A stretch of DNA of 36,229 bases from an uncultured Candidatus Saccharibacteria bacterium (GCA_964361655.1 CAYIBD010000002.1:1-36229), one strand, 5' to 3'; positions 24,366 through 33,171 are shown, counted from the first letter of the stretch. The notes: generated by a model from the sequence alone, not told the origin. Numbers and translations: made by a program.

Positions 24366-26030
24366 TCATCCAGCCCCAACCACGCGTTCTACTTCGGCTA
24401 AATCAGTTATCCCGGCCAAAACTTTCAGGATCCCATCCTGCCGCATGGTGATCTGGCCCTGCTCCTTGGCCGCCTGTTTCAAATCTACCTCGGAGGGCTT
24501 CCGGAACACCAGCGGTTCGACCACGTCGTCGACGAGGATGATCTCAAAGACGCCGATGCGACCTTTGTAGCCAGTGGCGTGGCACTCCACGCAGCTGGCC
24601 GCCTTGGCGAGGTGAGGGGGATTTTTTACTTGTGGCCGCGGCACGTCTTTGGGCAAGGAGTCGAGCTCTCTTTGGATGGCGTCAATTTCTGCCGCGGCGG
24701 GTTGATACGGTTGCTTACACTTCTCACAAAGCCGCCTGACGAGGCGCTGCGCCATGGAAATGTTGATGGCCGGCGCCATGATAGCCGGCTCAACGCCGAG
24801 GTCGAGGAGCCGCGGAATGGTGCCCGCGGCGTTATTGGTATGGAGGGTGGAGAAAACGAGGTGCCCGGTGAGGGCGGCGTGCATGGCGGTTTGGGCCGTC
24901 TCGAGATCCCGGATCTCGCCGACAAGGATGACATCCGGGTCCTGGCGCATGATCGAGCGGAGCCCGTTCGCAAAATCGTAGCCCGACTCCGGCTCGACCT
25001 GGGTCTGCTCAATGCCGGTGATGTGGTACTCGATGGGGTCCTCGAGCGTAATGATCTTTACGCCGGGCTGGTGGACCTCGCGGATGAAGGCGTAGAGGGT
25101 CGTGGTTTTGCCTGAACCGGTGGGGCCGGTGGTGAGGATCATGCCGTTCGGTTTTGCAAGCTCCCGCGCCATCGCCGCTTGGGTCCAGGGCTGCATGCCG
25201 AGGTCGGTAAACCCAACCGAGATGGCCTTGGGGTTCAATACGCGTAGCACAATGTTCTCGCCGTAGGGGCCGGGCAGGGTTGAGGCCCGGACCTCAATGT
25301 CTAGACCTTCCTCCCGGATGGTGAACCGTCCGTCCTGGCCGCGGGTGTGGATGTTCAGTTTCATCTCGGAGATGAGCTTGATCCGCGAGAGGAGGAACTT
25401 GTAGCGATCCACCGGGATGGTGGCGGCATCTTGCAGCACCCCGTCGAGGCGGAAGCGGAGCCGGATGCGGTCCGGCTGTGGCTCGAGGTGAATGTCGGAG
25501 GCATCGGTTTCGAGGGCGCCGGCAATGATGATCTCGAGGATGTCGGTGGTACGTTTGGCCTCGACGCCTTCGAGGAGTTTGGCAATGTCAGTGACGGCTT
25601 TCGTCTGGGAGCGGAAGCTCTGGAGGCGCTCGAGCGAGATTTCCACTTCACCGGTGATGGCCCGGCGGCGGCGGGCGATGTGAGCGTAGGATTCCCAGGC
25701 CCGTTCCAAGCTCGATACCGAGGCGAGGAAGAGGTCCCAGGTGTAGCGGAGCCCGCGGAGCCGTTCGAGAACTTCTTTCGTGCGCGGGTTCTCCGGGTTA
25801 TGTACGGCTATTTCAAGTTTCTTGCCAATTTTCTGGATCACCGCCAGTTCAGACGCCCGCGCATCGGCTTCGGGTACGAGCGCCAAGGCCTCGACGTTTA
25901 CCGGCGCGGTGGATAAGTCGGCGTACGGAACGTTATACTTCCCCGACAGGATCTTTACCGTGTCTTCCTCCTCCTTCCGCAGCAGGCGCGATAGCTTACG
26001 CTGTTGTCGGCTTTCCTCAAAAGTGACCAC
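24366..26030 (-). CDS. GspE/PilB-family secretion/type IV pilus assembly ATPase
   Basis: 554 aa with an N-terminal GSPII_E_N-like domain (YNVPYADLSTAPVNVEALALVPEADA). Walker A is GPTGSGKTTT. The Asp box and Walker B region is ILVGEIRD and the His box is TGHLVFSTLHTN. A tetracysteine motif is present (CEKCKQ...CVECHATGYKGR). Confidence 0.9.
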   Translation of the reverse strand: MVTFEESRQQRKLSRLLRKEEEDTVKILSGKYNVPYADLSTAPVNVEALALVPEADARASELAVIQKIGKKLEIAVHNPENPRTKEVLERLRGLRYTWDLFLASVSSLERAWESYAHIARRRRAITGEVEISLERLQSFRSQTKAVTDIAKLLEGVEAKRTTDILEIIIAGALETDASDIHLEPQPDRIRLRFRLDGVLQDAATIPVDRYKFLLSRIKLISEMKLNIHTRGQDGRFTIREEGLDIEVRASTLPGPYGENIVLRVLNPKAISVGFTDLGMQPWTQAAMARELAKPNGMILTTGPTGSGKTTTLYAFIREVHQPGVKIITLEDPIEYHITGIEQTQVEPESGYDFANGLRSIMRQDPDVILVGEIRDLETAQTAMHAALTGHLVFSTLHTNNAAGTIPRLLDLGVEPAIMAPAINISMAQRLVRRLCEKCKQPYQPAAAEIDAIQRELDSLPKDVPRPQVKNPPHLAKAASCVECHATGYKGRIGVFEIILVDDVVEPLVFRKPSEVDLKQAAKEQGQITMRQDGILKVLAGITDLAEVERVVGAG

Positions 26031-26034
26031 GGCT

Positions 26035-27207
26035 TCATTCTACCGCATCAGGGGAGCGGAGCAATTGGCTGATGGCGGCCTCGGCCGCTTCAAAGGAAGG
26101 ATAGGAGCGTTCGCTCGCGAGCTCGTTTTCCCGACGAACGAAGGCGCCCGACGCCACCAGCCCTTCGTTCTCGGCATCTTCGCCGCCGGCGGTCCACGCT
26201 TCAACCGCAAGGTCATCCGGGCGCTGCCAGAGCAGGATGGCGCGACGCGCGTAGGGGAGTGTTACCATCACGTCTTCCAGGACGGCCGAGAGCGACGATG
26301 CATCGGTACCGGTTGTTGCGAAATCTTCCTTGGTGAGGAGCGACCAGAGCGTTTGCGCCCCGGCATCAAAGCGCGAGCGGACAATGGCGCGGCTGGCGAG
26401 CTTGGCGACGGGGAGCGGCGGTTGGAGAACCGGGGCGAGCAGGTATGGTCCACGGTCAGCACCCCGTTCGAGGAGGTCGCCCGCGATACGAAAGGTGGCT
26501 GCGGTGGCGCGGCGGGAGCGGAAGTTCCTCGTGGCATGCGCCAGGGCGGCAAAGAGTGCGGTGGCTTCTTCGGTTCCCCGGGGGAGGGCCGAGAGCGCTT
26601 CGAGGAGTTCGTAGGTAAGCTCGGGCAGCGTTGCGGCGTTGTCTCCCGCCGGCGGCACGACGTCGAGCTCGCCATAGCGGGCGTTGGCTGGATTGGCATC
26701 GAGGTTCAGGATCGGTTTTTCATAGAGGAGTTCAGGCGCGCGGGCCATGCTCGCTGCGGCAGCTTCGATCGCCGGTACACCCACGGTGATTACGAGCTCG
26801 TAGCGGAGCGGGCCGGAGCGAAACTCCACATCCTCGCGGCGGATCCGTGCTCCCGTAGGCGAGAGGATGATGTTCAACCGGTTTGAGTCGCGCTCGTACT
26901 TCAGCTCCTTGATCGGCGAGCGCGCCAGATCAAAGGAGATAATGAATTCGCGGAGCGGCTCGCTGTCTTCGTCGATCGTCTGCCACGACATGGCGCGCGA
27001 CGCCGGCAAGCGCGGCGGACCAAACACGCTCACCGATTTTCCCAAGTGGCGGAGCCCGCCGGCGAGCGCTACGGCAGAGCCGAGGACGTCAAGCGCCAGT
27101 GCCTCGGGCAGGACAATGGCGATTGCCGTGCATTCCCGAATCCGTGCTACCGCTCCGGCGAGCGCGGTCTTCAGTTCCGTTGTCGTTTCCGATTGAGTGG
27201 CGGCCAT
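26035..27207 (-). CDS. DHH/DHHA1-fold (NrnA-like) protein with degenerate catalytic motifs
   Basis: It is colinear with the NrnA layout. IAIVLPEALALDVLGSAVALAGGL lies where H-x-x-PD-x-D-x-x-GS sits. ELVITVGVP lies where the motif II Asp sits. ILNLDANPANARYG lies where IDHH-x-x-N-x-x-FG sits. ALAHATRNF lies where G-x-x-TDTG-x-F sits. Confidence 0.5.
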   Translation of the reverse strand: MAATQSETTTELKTALAGAVARIRECTAIAIVLPEALALDVLGSAVALAGGLRHLGKSVSVFGPPRLPASRAMSWQTIDEDSEPLREFIISFDLARSPIKELKYERDSNRLNIILSPTGARIRREDVEFRSGPLRYELVITVGVPAIEAAAASMARAPELLYEKPILNLDANPANARYGELDVVPPAGDNAATLPELTYELLEALSALPRGTEEATALFAALAHATRNFRSRRATAATFRIAGDLLERGADRGPYLLAPVLQPPLPVAKLASRAIVRSRFDAGAQTLWSLLTKEDFATTGTDASSLSAVLEDVMVTLPYARRAILLWQRPDDLAVEAWTAGGEDAENEGLVASGAFVRRENELASERSYPSFEAAEAAISQLLRSPDAVE

Positions 27208-27378
27208 AGCGGTTACCCCATTGGTATCGTGCTTTTACCCGAAGTCAACGAGCGCTGTGTATAACCTAGCTGGTAGGTACCCCGCGCCTGGCCCTTGACG
27301 TTCGTATGCACATCTGATACAGCTTAGACTACGCTTAGCCCAGAAAGGTACGACTTCGTGCTGGAAGGAGGAGGGGGG

Positions 27379-28200
27379 ATGAAGAGTACGTTCGTTGCCA
27401 TTCTAGCAGTTTTGGTGCCGCTCCTCGTGAGCTGTGCGTCGCTTCCGCCGACGAGTACGGGCATCAGCCCGACCGGCACTGCGGCTGGCGCCGGTACAGG
27501 AATAGCTGTTTCCGAAGCGACGAAAAGCCCGGCCCTCGGCGCAGCCGCTGGCGTGGCTGCATACGCCCTGGGCAGCATCTGGGATGCTTTTACCGGAGAA
27601 CGACAGCGACAGTTCGAAGTCCAGCAGCGTGCCGCCGAGGAGGCGGCCCGGCGGCAAGCTCTGGCCGCCGGTACAACAAAGTGCAAGAACCGGTTCGTTT
27701 GGATTGACGGCAAGCTCGAATCTGACCGACGCGAGTGTGGTTCGGAGTTCGAGCGGCCGGGGTTTCTTGGTGAGCCACCTCCGATCTCTGACGTTCCATT
27801 CGTCGGATACAAACCGGGGGCGGTAACCAAGCACCCCTACGGTCAACCGCTTCAACCCCGACCAGAGCAGCGGGCGCCGTCAAGCGGCGTGCCAGCTGGA
27901 CCACCGGCGGCGATGCCGCAGTCCGGTTCCAAGCCGACACGATCGCAGGCTCAACCCGTGGCCCAAGGGTTTGCCGAGCTCGTGGTGTCTAACCCCACCG
28001 GAGCCACGGTGGGGCTCGAGCTTGATGGCAAGCCCGCGGCGATCCTGCCGCCCCGGAGCGAAATACGGATCGCCCGGGCGGTCGGACACGTGTACCTCAA
28101 GGCCACGGCCGGGAACCGGCTGTGGGATCGGGGGTTGACGCTGGGCCCCGAGGGCCTGCGCGTCATTCTCGACCTCGACGCCTTCCGGGCCAGTATGTAG
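27379..28200 (+). CDS. Lipoprotein of unknown function
   Basis: I set the start at the ATG at 27379, which is preceded by GGAGGAGGGGGG. The signal peptide has a lipobox (MKSTFVAILAVLVPLLVS-C). A Gly/Ala-rich segment, a Pro-rich linker and a beta-rich C-domain follow. Confidence 0.6.
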   Translation: MKSTFVAILAVLVPLLVSCASLPPTSTGISPTGTAAGAGTGIAVSEATKSPALGAAAGVAAYALGSIWDAFTGERQRQFEVQQRAAEEAARRQALAAGTTKCKNRFVWIDGKLESDRRECGSEFERPGFLGEPPPISDVPFVGYKPGAVTKHPYGQPLQPRPEQRAPSSGVPAGPPAAMPQSGSKPTRSQAQPVAQGFAELVVSNPTGATVGLELDGKPAAILPPRSEIRIARAVGHVYLKATAGNRLWDRGLTLGPEGLRVILDLDAFRASM

Positions 28201-28204
28201 TATG

Positions 28205-28261
28205 ACCCGAGGCCGGGAGCGATCTCCATAGCTGGAGCTCGTTCCCGCCTCGGGTTTTTCT
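28205..28261 (+). terminator. Intrinsic terminator after the lipoprotein gene
   Basis: The hairpin is nested: ACCCGAGGC...GCCTCGGGT encloses CGGGA/TCCCG and CTCCA/TGGAG pairs and is followed by TTTTTCTC. An extended -10-like TGATATAAA (28264..28272) follows and could drive tsaE. Confidence 0.6.
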
Positions 28262-28289
28262 CATGATATAAATCTGATAGGGTGGAGCC

Positions 28290-28745
28290 ATGATTATCTG
28301 GATGAGCCGCAGCCCGGGAGCCACGAAGCGCATGGCGGGGAGAATTCTCAAACGCGTTTTGAAGACGAAAGCCGGTCCCGCGGTTCTGGCCCTCTCGGGC
28401 AAGCTCGGATCAGGTAAGACCACCTTTATCCAGGGCCTCGCGGCCTCACTCGGCATCCGCGAGAAAGTCCAGAGCCCCACCTTTGTCCTTATGAAGTGGT
28501 ATAAGCTCCCGCGGCGCGCCGGGCTACCCCGTCACCTCGTCCACATCGACGCCTACCGCCTCGAGTCGCTGGCCGAAGCCAAGCATCTCGGGCTCCGCGA
28601 GGCATTCCGCGACCGCGATGCCATCGTGGTTGTGGAATGGGCTGATCGGATCAGGAAGCTCATTCCCCACGACGCAGTGTGGATCCAGTTCAAGCATGGG
28701 AAGCGTACGCGAGAGCGCATTATAACCCTGAAGCATGTCTCATGA
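28290..28745 (+). CDS. tsaE: tRNA threonylcarbamoyladenosine biosynthesis ATPase TsaE
   Basis: The P-loop is LSGKLGSGKTTFIQGL. It also has SPTFVLMKWY and HIDAYRL, all typical of TsaE/YjeE. Confidence 0.85.
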   Translation: MIIWMSRSPGATKRMAGRILKRVLKTKAGPAVLALSGKLGSGKTTFIQGLAASLGIREKVQSPTFVLMKWYKLPRRAGLPRHLVHIDAYRLESLAEAKHLGLREAFRDRDAIVVVEWADRIRKLIPHDAVWIQFKHGKRTRERIITLKHVS

Positions 28746-28825
28746 AGCGTGAATCAAGAGTAATTATCGAAGATAACGGCTGCCGTACTCCTTGCTTCTT
28801 GCTTCATGCTTCCTGATTCATCATC

Positions 28826-31399
28826 ATGAAACGCCTGGTTCTCCTCGACTCTCACGCCATCATCCACCGCGCCTGGCATGCCCTGCCGCCCTTGATGAGC
28901 CCGGATGGCCGGCCGGTGAACGCGGTCTACGGCTTTGCCTCAATCCTGTTGAAAATTCTGCGGGAGCTGAAGCCGGACTACCTCGCCGCGGCCTTTGACC
29001 ACGAAGGGCCGACCTTCCGGCACCTCGCCTTTGAACGCTACAAGGCCACGCGGGTGAAAGCCCCGGAGGCGCTCTACGCTCAAATCCCGCTTACCAAGGA
29101 CCTCGTCCGCGGCTTCGGCATCCCCGCGCTCGAGCTCAAGGGCTACGAGGCCGATGACGTTATCGGAACGATTGTCCGCGAAGTTGAGAAGAAGCACCCG
29201 GATATCGAAATCGTGATCGTTACCGGCGACCTTGATACGCTCCAGCTCGTGGACAGCAGGACCAAGGTCTTCACGATGCGAAAGGGCGTCACCGATACCG
29301 TGCTCTACGATGAGGCCGCGGTCCGCGGGCGCTACGGCCTCGCACCGAAGCAACTCATTGACTTCAAGGGGCTCCGGGGTGATCCGTCGGATAACATTCC
29401 CGGAGTAAAGGGGATTGGCGAGAAGACCGCAGCCGAACTCCTGAAGGCCGAGGGTTCGATAGAGGGTGTATACCGGGCGCTCAAGAAGGGGAAGCTCGCG
29501 GCAAAGCCGGCCGTTGCCGAGGCGCTGAAGAAGCACGAGGCCGACGCGCTCTTTTCAAAGACCCTGGTGACCATTGACTGCAATATACCCGTGCGGTTTT
29601 TGCTCGCCTCCTCACGGGTGCGCAAGGCCGCCTGGAAGGCCACAGCGCTAAGCGAACTGAAGAAGCTCGGCTTTGAGAGCTTAGTCCGTCGACTCGGTGG
29701 TGAGGGCATGCCGGCCGCACCCCACCTAGATGCCAGTGCTGCGGTAGGGACAGCGGTTACCCTTCTTGCCGTGAAACACTGGAAGGATATCCGGCGAGGA
29801 GGCCCAATGCTCCTTTGGAAACATCCCGATGAGCCAACGTTCCTCGTGGCGGTCGCATCCGACACGGTCGCAGCACTTCCCGGAGAAACGATTATTGAAC
29901 ATGACGCCGGGAAGCTGATTCAAGCCGGGCCCACGTATACCTTTGACCTTAAGGCGCTGATTGGCCTTGGGCTCCCCGAGGCGGTGATACCGAAGTTCCG
30001 CGACCTCATGATCATGTGGTGGCTCGCTGAGCCCGACCGGCGGAGCTACGAGCCGGAGATACTTATCCAAAAGGAGCTCCGCCGCGATCCGCGCAATCCC
30101 ACCGAGACCGCTTCGTGGCTCTTCGAGCTTGCTCCGGCTATCGAGTCGCGCCTCCGTGAGCGGGGGCTCGAGGCCGTGTACGAAACCATCGAGGCGCCGG
30201 TCACGCCGATCCTCGAGCGCATGGAGCGAACCGGGATCGGCCTTGATTCCAAGCCACTGGTTGCACTCTCGCGGAAGATGTCGCGGGAGTTAGGCAAGCT
30301 TGAACGCACAATTCATACCGCCGCGGGCGGCCCGTTTAACATCAACTCCCCCCGGCAATTAACCGAAGTGCTTTTCGAAAAGCTCAAGCTTGCACCCATA
30401 GGCATCCGCAAGACCGAGAAATCTGGGGCGCTTTCAACCCGCGAGTCCGAACTGGTAAAGCTCCGGAAGCTCCACCCCATCGTGGGCGACATTCTCCGTT
30501 ACCGCGAGCTCGCAAAGCTAAAGTCAACCTACGCCGATGCACTCCCGAAACTCATCGGCCCCGATGGCCGCGTCCATACCACCTGGAATCAGACCGGCAC
30601 CGCCACCGGTCGTCTCTCTTCCCAAAGTCCCAATCTCCAAAACATCCCCATCCGCTCGGAGTATGGGCGTGAAATTCGCAAGGCCTTTCGCGCCGCCCGG
30701 GGCTATACCCTTGTTGCGTTTGATTATTCCCAGCTTGAGCTCCGTATTGCCGCGGATCTGGCTCATGACGAAAAGATGATTGCGGCCTTTAGCCGAGGAC
30801 TTGACATCCACAAGCTCACCGCCTCCGAGGTCAACAATCTGCCGATTGAGAAAGTGACTCCGGAGCTCCGCGCCAGGGCCAAGACCTTGAATTTCGGAGT
30901 GCTCTACGGCATGGGCGCCCGGGCGTTTGCCGAAACCGCCCTCGTCTCTCGCGATGAGGCCGAGCATTTTATTGAAGAGTACTTCCGGGATTTTTCCGGT
31001 ATTGCCCGATTCATTGAAGAGCAAAAGGCGCTCGCCCGCACCCAGGGCTTCACTACGACCGCCTTTGGCCGCAAGCGCTTTTTCCCTGACATTGGTGTAA
31101 CCAACTTTCGTCTGGCGCGCGAGGCCGAGCGCCAGGCCGTAAACTTTCCCATCCAGGGCACGGAAGCCGACATCATGAAAAAAGCCATGATTGCGGTGGA
31201 TGGCTGGATTGCAACAGGCGGCTTGCGAAATGATATCCGGATGCTCCTACAGATTCACGACGAATTGATATTTGAGATTACGGCCGGCCGGGTGAAGATC
31301 GCCATCCCCGAGATTACGCGTTTCATGGAGGGAGCGTGGTCCGGCAGCGTAGCCATGAAGGTCGAGGTGAAGCAGGGCCGGACCTGGGGCGAGCTATGA
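28826..31399 (+). CDS. polA: DNA polymerase I (5'-nuclease + apparently degenerate 3'-5' exonuclease-like + family A polymerase domains)
   Basis: The 5'-nuclease region has LLDSHAIIHRAWHA, GYEADDVIGT and GVKGIGEKTA. Polymerase motif A is DYSQLELRIAA, motif B is RARAKTLNFGVLYG and motif C is QIHDEL. The middle domain lacks an Exo I D-x-E and an Exo III Y-x-x-x-D. Confidence 0.96.
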   Translation: MKRLVLLDSHAIIHRAWHALPPLMSPDGRPVNAVYGFASILLKILRELKPDYLAAAFDHEGPTFRHLAFERYKATRVKAPEALYAQIPLTKDLVRGFGIPALELKGYEADDVIGTIVREVEKKHPDIEIVIVTGDLDTLQLVDSRTKVFTMRKGVTDTVLYDEAAVRGRYGLAPKQLIDFKGLRGDPSDNIPGVKGIGEKTAAELLKAEGSIEGVYRALKKGKLAAKPAVAEALKKHEADALFSKTLVTIDCNIPVRFLLASSRVRKAAWKATALSELKKLGFESLVRRLGGEGMPAAPHLDASAAVGTAVTLLAVKHWKDIRRGGPMLLWKHPDEPTFLVAVASDTVAALPGETIIEHDAGKLIQAGPTYTFDLKALIGLGLPEAVIPKFRDLMIMWWLAEPDRRSYEPEILIQKELRRDPRNPTETASWLFELAPAIESRLRERGLEAVYETIEAPVTPILERMERTGIGLDSKPLVALSRKMSRELGKLERTIHTAAGGPFNINSPRQLTEVLFEKLKLAPIGIRKTEKSGALSTRESELVKLRKLHPIVGDILRYRELAKLKSTYADALPKLIGPDGRVHTTWNQTGTATGRLSSQSPNLQNIPIRSEYGREIRKAFRAARGYTLVAFDYSQLELRIAADLAHDEKMIAAFSRGLDIHKLTASEVNNLPIEKVTPELRARAKTLNFGVLYGMGARAFAETALVSRDEAEHFIEEYFRDFSGIARFIEEQKALARTQGFTTTAFGRKRFFPDIGVTNFRLAREAERQAVNFPIQGTEADIMKKAMIAVDGWIATGGLRNDIRMLLQIHDELIFEITAGRVKIAIPEITRFMEGAWSGSVAMKVEVKQGRTWGEL

Positions 31400-32313
31400 T
31401 TTATTTTCTCCACGGCCCGGATACTTTTCGCAGCCGGCAAAAGCTCCGCGAGATTATTTCTGAATTCGAGAAGAAGACCGGAGCCGCAACTGGTATGACG
31501 CGGATCGACGTTTCCACCAAACCCGAAACGGTTTTTGAGGTTGGTCGGACGGGTTCCCTGTTTTCGCAAAAAGAGCTCGTGGTTATCGAGAATGCTTCGG
31601 CGGGGAGCCGCGAGGGCGGGGATTATCTCCGCGGCCGGCTGAAAGATTGGGCCGGGGATCGCGACCGCACGATTGTATTTTGGGAAGGCGAAGTGAAAAC
31701 AGATGAAGGATTTATGGCCGCGATCGCGAAAGCCGCTGTCAAGACCCAAGAATTCAGGCCGCTTTCCTCTTCCGCGGTGAGCCGATGGCTTTATGCTGCA
31801 GCCGCGGAGCGGAAAGTCCAGGTGTCAGGGCGCGAGAAAGAGATGTTGATCGCCAAGCACGGGAGCGATCTTTGGGCCATTTCAAACGAGCTCGATAAGA
31901 TTGCTGCCGGCTGGACAACTAGTCACGATATTCGGGAAGAGGAGAAAATCTGGAGTTTCACCGATGCGTTCTTCCAGCACCCCCGGCGGAGTTTCCGGCC
32001 GCTGTCAGAGTTCCTTCAAGCTGGCTACGAACCCATCTACCTGGTGGGAGCACTGGCAAGCTCGCTCCGGACGCTCGCGTTGGTCTGGTGGGGGATGACG
32101 GCCGGGAAGTTAAAAGCCATAACTCGCGGCCTGCATCCGTTTGTGGTCCGCAAGAATAGCGACCTGGCTAAGCGTACTAATGCGCGCCAACTCTCTAAGC
32201 TCTTTGATCGCCTCATCACCGCTGATATCGAGCAGAAAACCGGCCGGTTGCCACCGCCATTGCCCTTAATCAAGCTCGTACTTGGGAAAGCGAAATCAAA
32301 GACCCCCGACTAA
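31396..32313 (+). CDS. holA: DNA polymerase III delta subunit
   Basis: The start MIYFLHGPDTF overlaps the polA TGA as ATGA at 31396..31399. The length (305 aa), the N-terminal pattern and the position after polA fit HolA. Sequence conservation in this family is weak. Confidence 0.75.
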   Translation: MIYFLHGPDTFRSRQKLREIISEFEKKTGAATGMTRIDVSTKPETVFEVGRTGSLFSQKELVVIENASAGSREGGDYLRGRLKDWAGDRDRTIVFWEGEVKTDEGFMAAIAKAAVKTQEFRPLSSSAVSRWLYAAAAERKVQVSGREKEMLIAKHGSDLWAISNELDKIAAGWTTSHDIREEEKIWSFTDAFFQHPRRSFRPLSEFLQAGYEPIYLVGALASSLRTLALVWWGMTAGKLKAITRGLHPFVVRKNSDLAKRTNARQLSKLFDRLITADIEQKTGRLPPPLPLIKLVLGKAKSKTPD

Positions 32314-32582
32314 GCGGGGGCTCTTGATTTGTGAATCCACTTCATCAGCCGCGATTTTCTCCTTGCGGCCGCGTTCTTCTTGAGCACCCCGGTCTTGGCG
32401 GCTTTATCCAGGGCCTTGTAGGCCTGCGGCACGAGCGCCTCGGCTTCTTTGATTTTCTTTGCCGCCAAAAGCTTCCGGATTTGCTTCAGAACTTTCCGGT
32501 AGGCCTCCTTCCGCCGGAGGTTCCGGATGGTGCGGTGTCTGGTCTGACGCAGGGCCTTCTTGGCTGAACGGGTAATGGGCAT
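32310..32582 (-). CDS. rpsT: 30S ribosomal protein S20
   Basis: MPITRSAKKALRQTRHRTIRNLRRKEAYRKVLKQIRK... is a canonical S20 sequence. Confidence 0.93.
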   Translation of the reverse strand: MPITRSAKKALRQTRHRTIRNLRRKEAYRKVLKQIRKLLAAKKIKEAEALVPQAYKALDKAAKTGVLKKNAAARRKSRLMKWIHKSRAPA

Positions 32583-32583
32583 A

Positions 32584-32817
32584 CTAGCGGGCGCCCACCA
32601 CGGCGCGCTTTGTTGCTGGGCGGAGGAGGGTTGAGGCCCGTTTCAAAAACTTGGCCGCTTCGAGAATTTCAAAGTAAACTGGAACCCCCTGTCGGCTAAA
32701 ATGCACCACAACGTTCCCGATTTCCGTTGCGTAGTCGATCGGCTGCCTGCCGGTTTCGATCCGTAGCACATCCGCCTCCGGCTCATAGCTCATTTTGACT
32801 TCTCTACCCCTTTTCAT
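32584..32817 (-). CDS. DUF2283-like small protein (putative antitoxin)
   Basis: MSYEPEADVLRIETGRQPIDYATEIGNVVVHFSRQGVPVYFEILEA follows the DUF2283 pattern (Y-D-x-E-x-D-x-L-x-I). The start is either 32817 or, more likely, the ATG at 32793. The stop lies 1 nt before the rpsT start. Confidence 0.5.
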   Translation of the reverse strand: MKRGREVKMSYEPEADVLRIETGRQPIDYATEIGNVVVHFSRQGVPVYFEILEAAKFLKRASTLLRPATKRAVVGAR

Positions 32818-33058
32818 ATTGAGTTTTCCTTCCCGGGTAGAATGTGATGATGAGTTTGATACCGCTTACCTCCCGATACACTACCCGCAATACATGGTGC
32901 TTGTCAAGCGGGCGCTGGGCGATTTTCAGCGGCAGGTGCGAGTAATCAACTATATCTGGATGAGCAACCGTGTCGAGCACTGCCATTCGTGATATTTGGA
33001 AGCCGTGCCGCTTCAGGATTTCAAGCTTTTCTAACGCGTGTTTAGTAAACCGTACCAC
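32804..33058 (-). CDS. DUF4258-like small protein (putative toxin)
   Basis: MVRFTKHALEKLEILKRHGFQISRMAVLDTV......HHVLRVVYREVSGIKLIITFYPGRK follows the DUF4258 pattern (HA-x-x-R-x-x-x-R-x-I ... V-V-Y ... I-T-x-Y). It is paired with the DUF2283-like gene. Confidence 0.5.
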   Translation of the reverse strand: MVRFTKHALEKLEILKRHGFQISRMAVLDTVAHPDIVDYSHLPLKIAQRPLDKHHVLRVVYREVSGIKLIITFYPGRKTQYEKG

Positions 33059-33077
33059 CGCCTAATCATATCGGGAC

Positions 33078-33150
33078 GAAAAGAAAAACGCCACGGCCGG
33101 TGTCTACCCGGTGCCACTACTTTGTCGTGGCACCGGGCTCCGGTCGTGAC
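33078..33150 (-). terminator. Intrinsic terminator after the zinc-finger gene
   Basis: An 11-bp perfect stem, CCCGGTGCCAC (33107..33117) with GTGGCACCGGG (33127..33137), sits inside an outer CACGGCCGG/CCGGTCGTG pairing. On the minus strand it is followed by GCGTTTTTCTTTTC. Confidence 0.65.
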
Positions 33151-33171
33151 GAGATACTCTAGACCTGGGAA

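Noticed and set aside
25780-26886. 368-aa plus-strand ORF spanning the boundary of the PilB-like and DHH-like genes
   Set aside because: It is antisense to two strongly supported minus-strand genes and crosses their intergenic gap. It is Arg/Gly-rich with no motifs, so it is a GC artefact.
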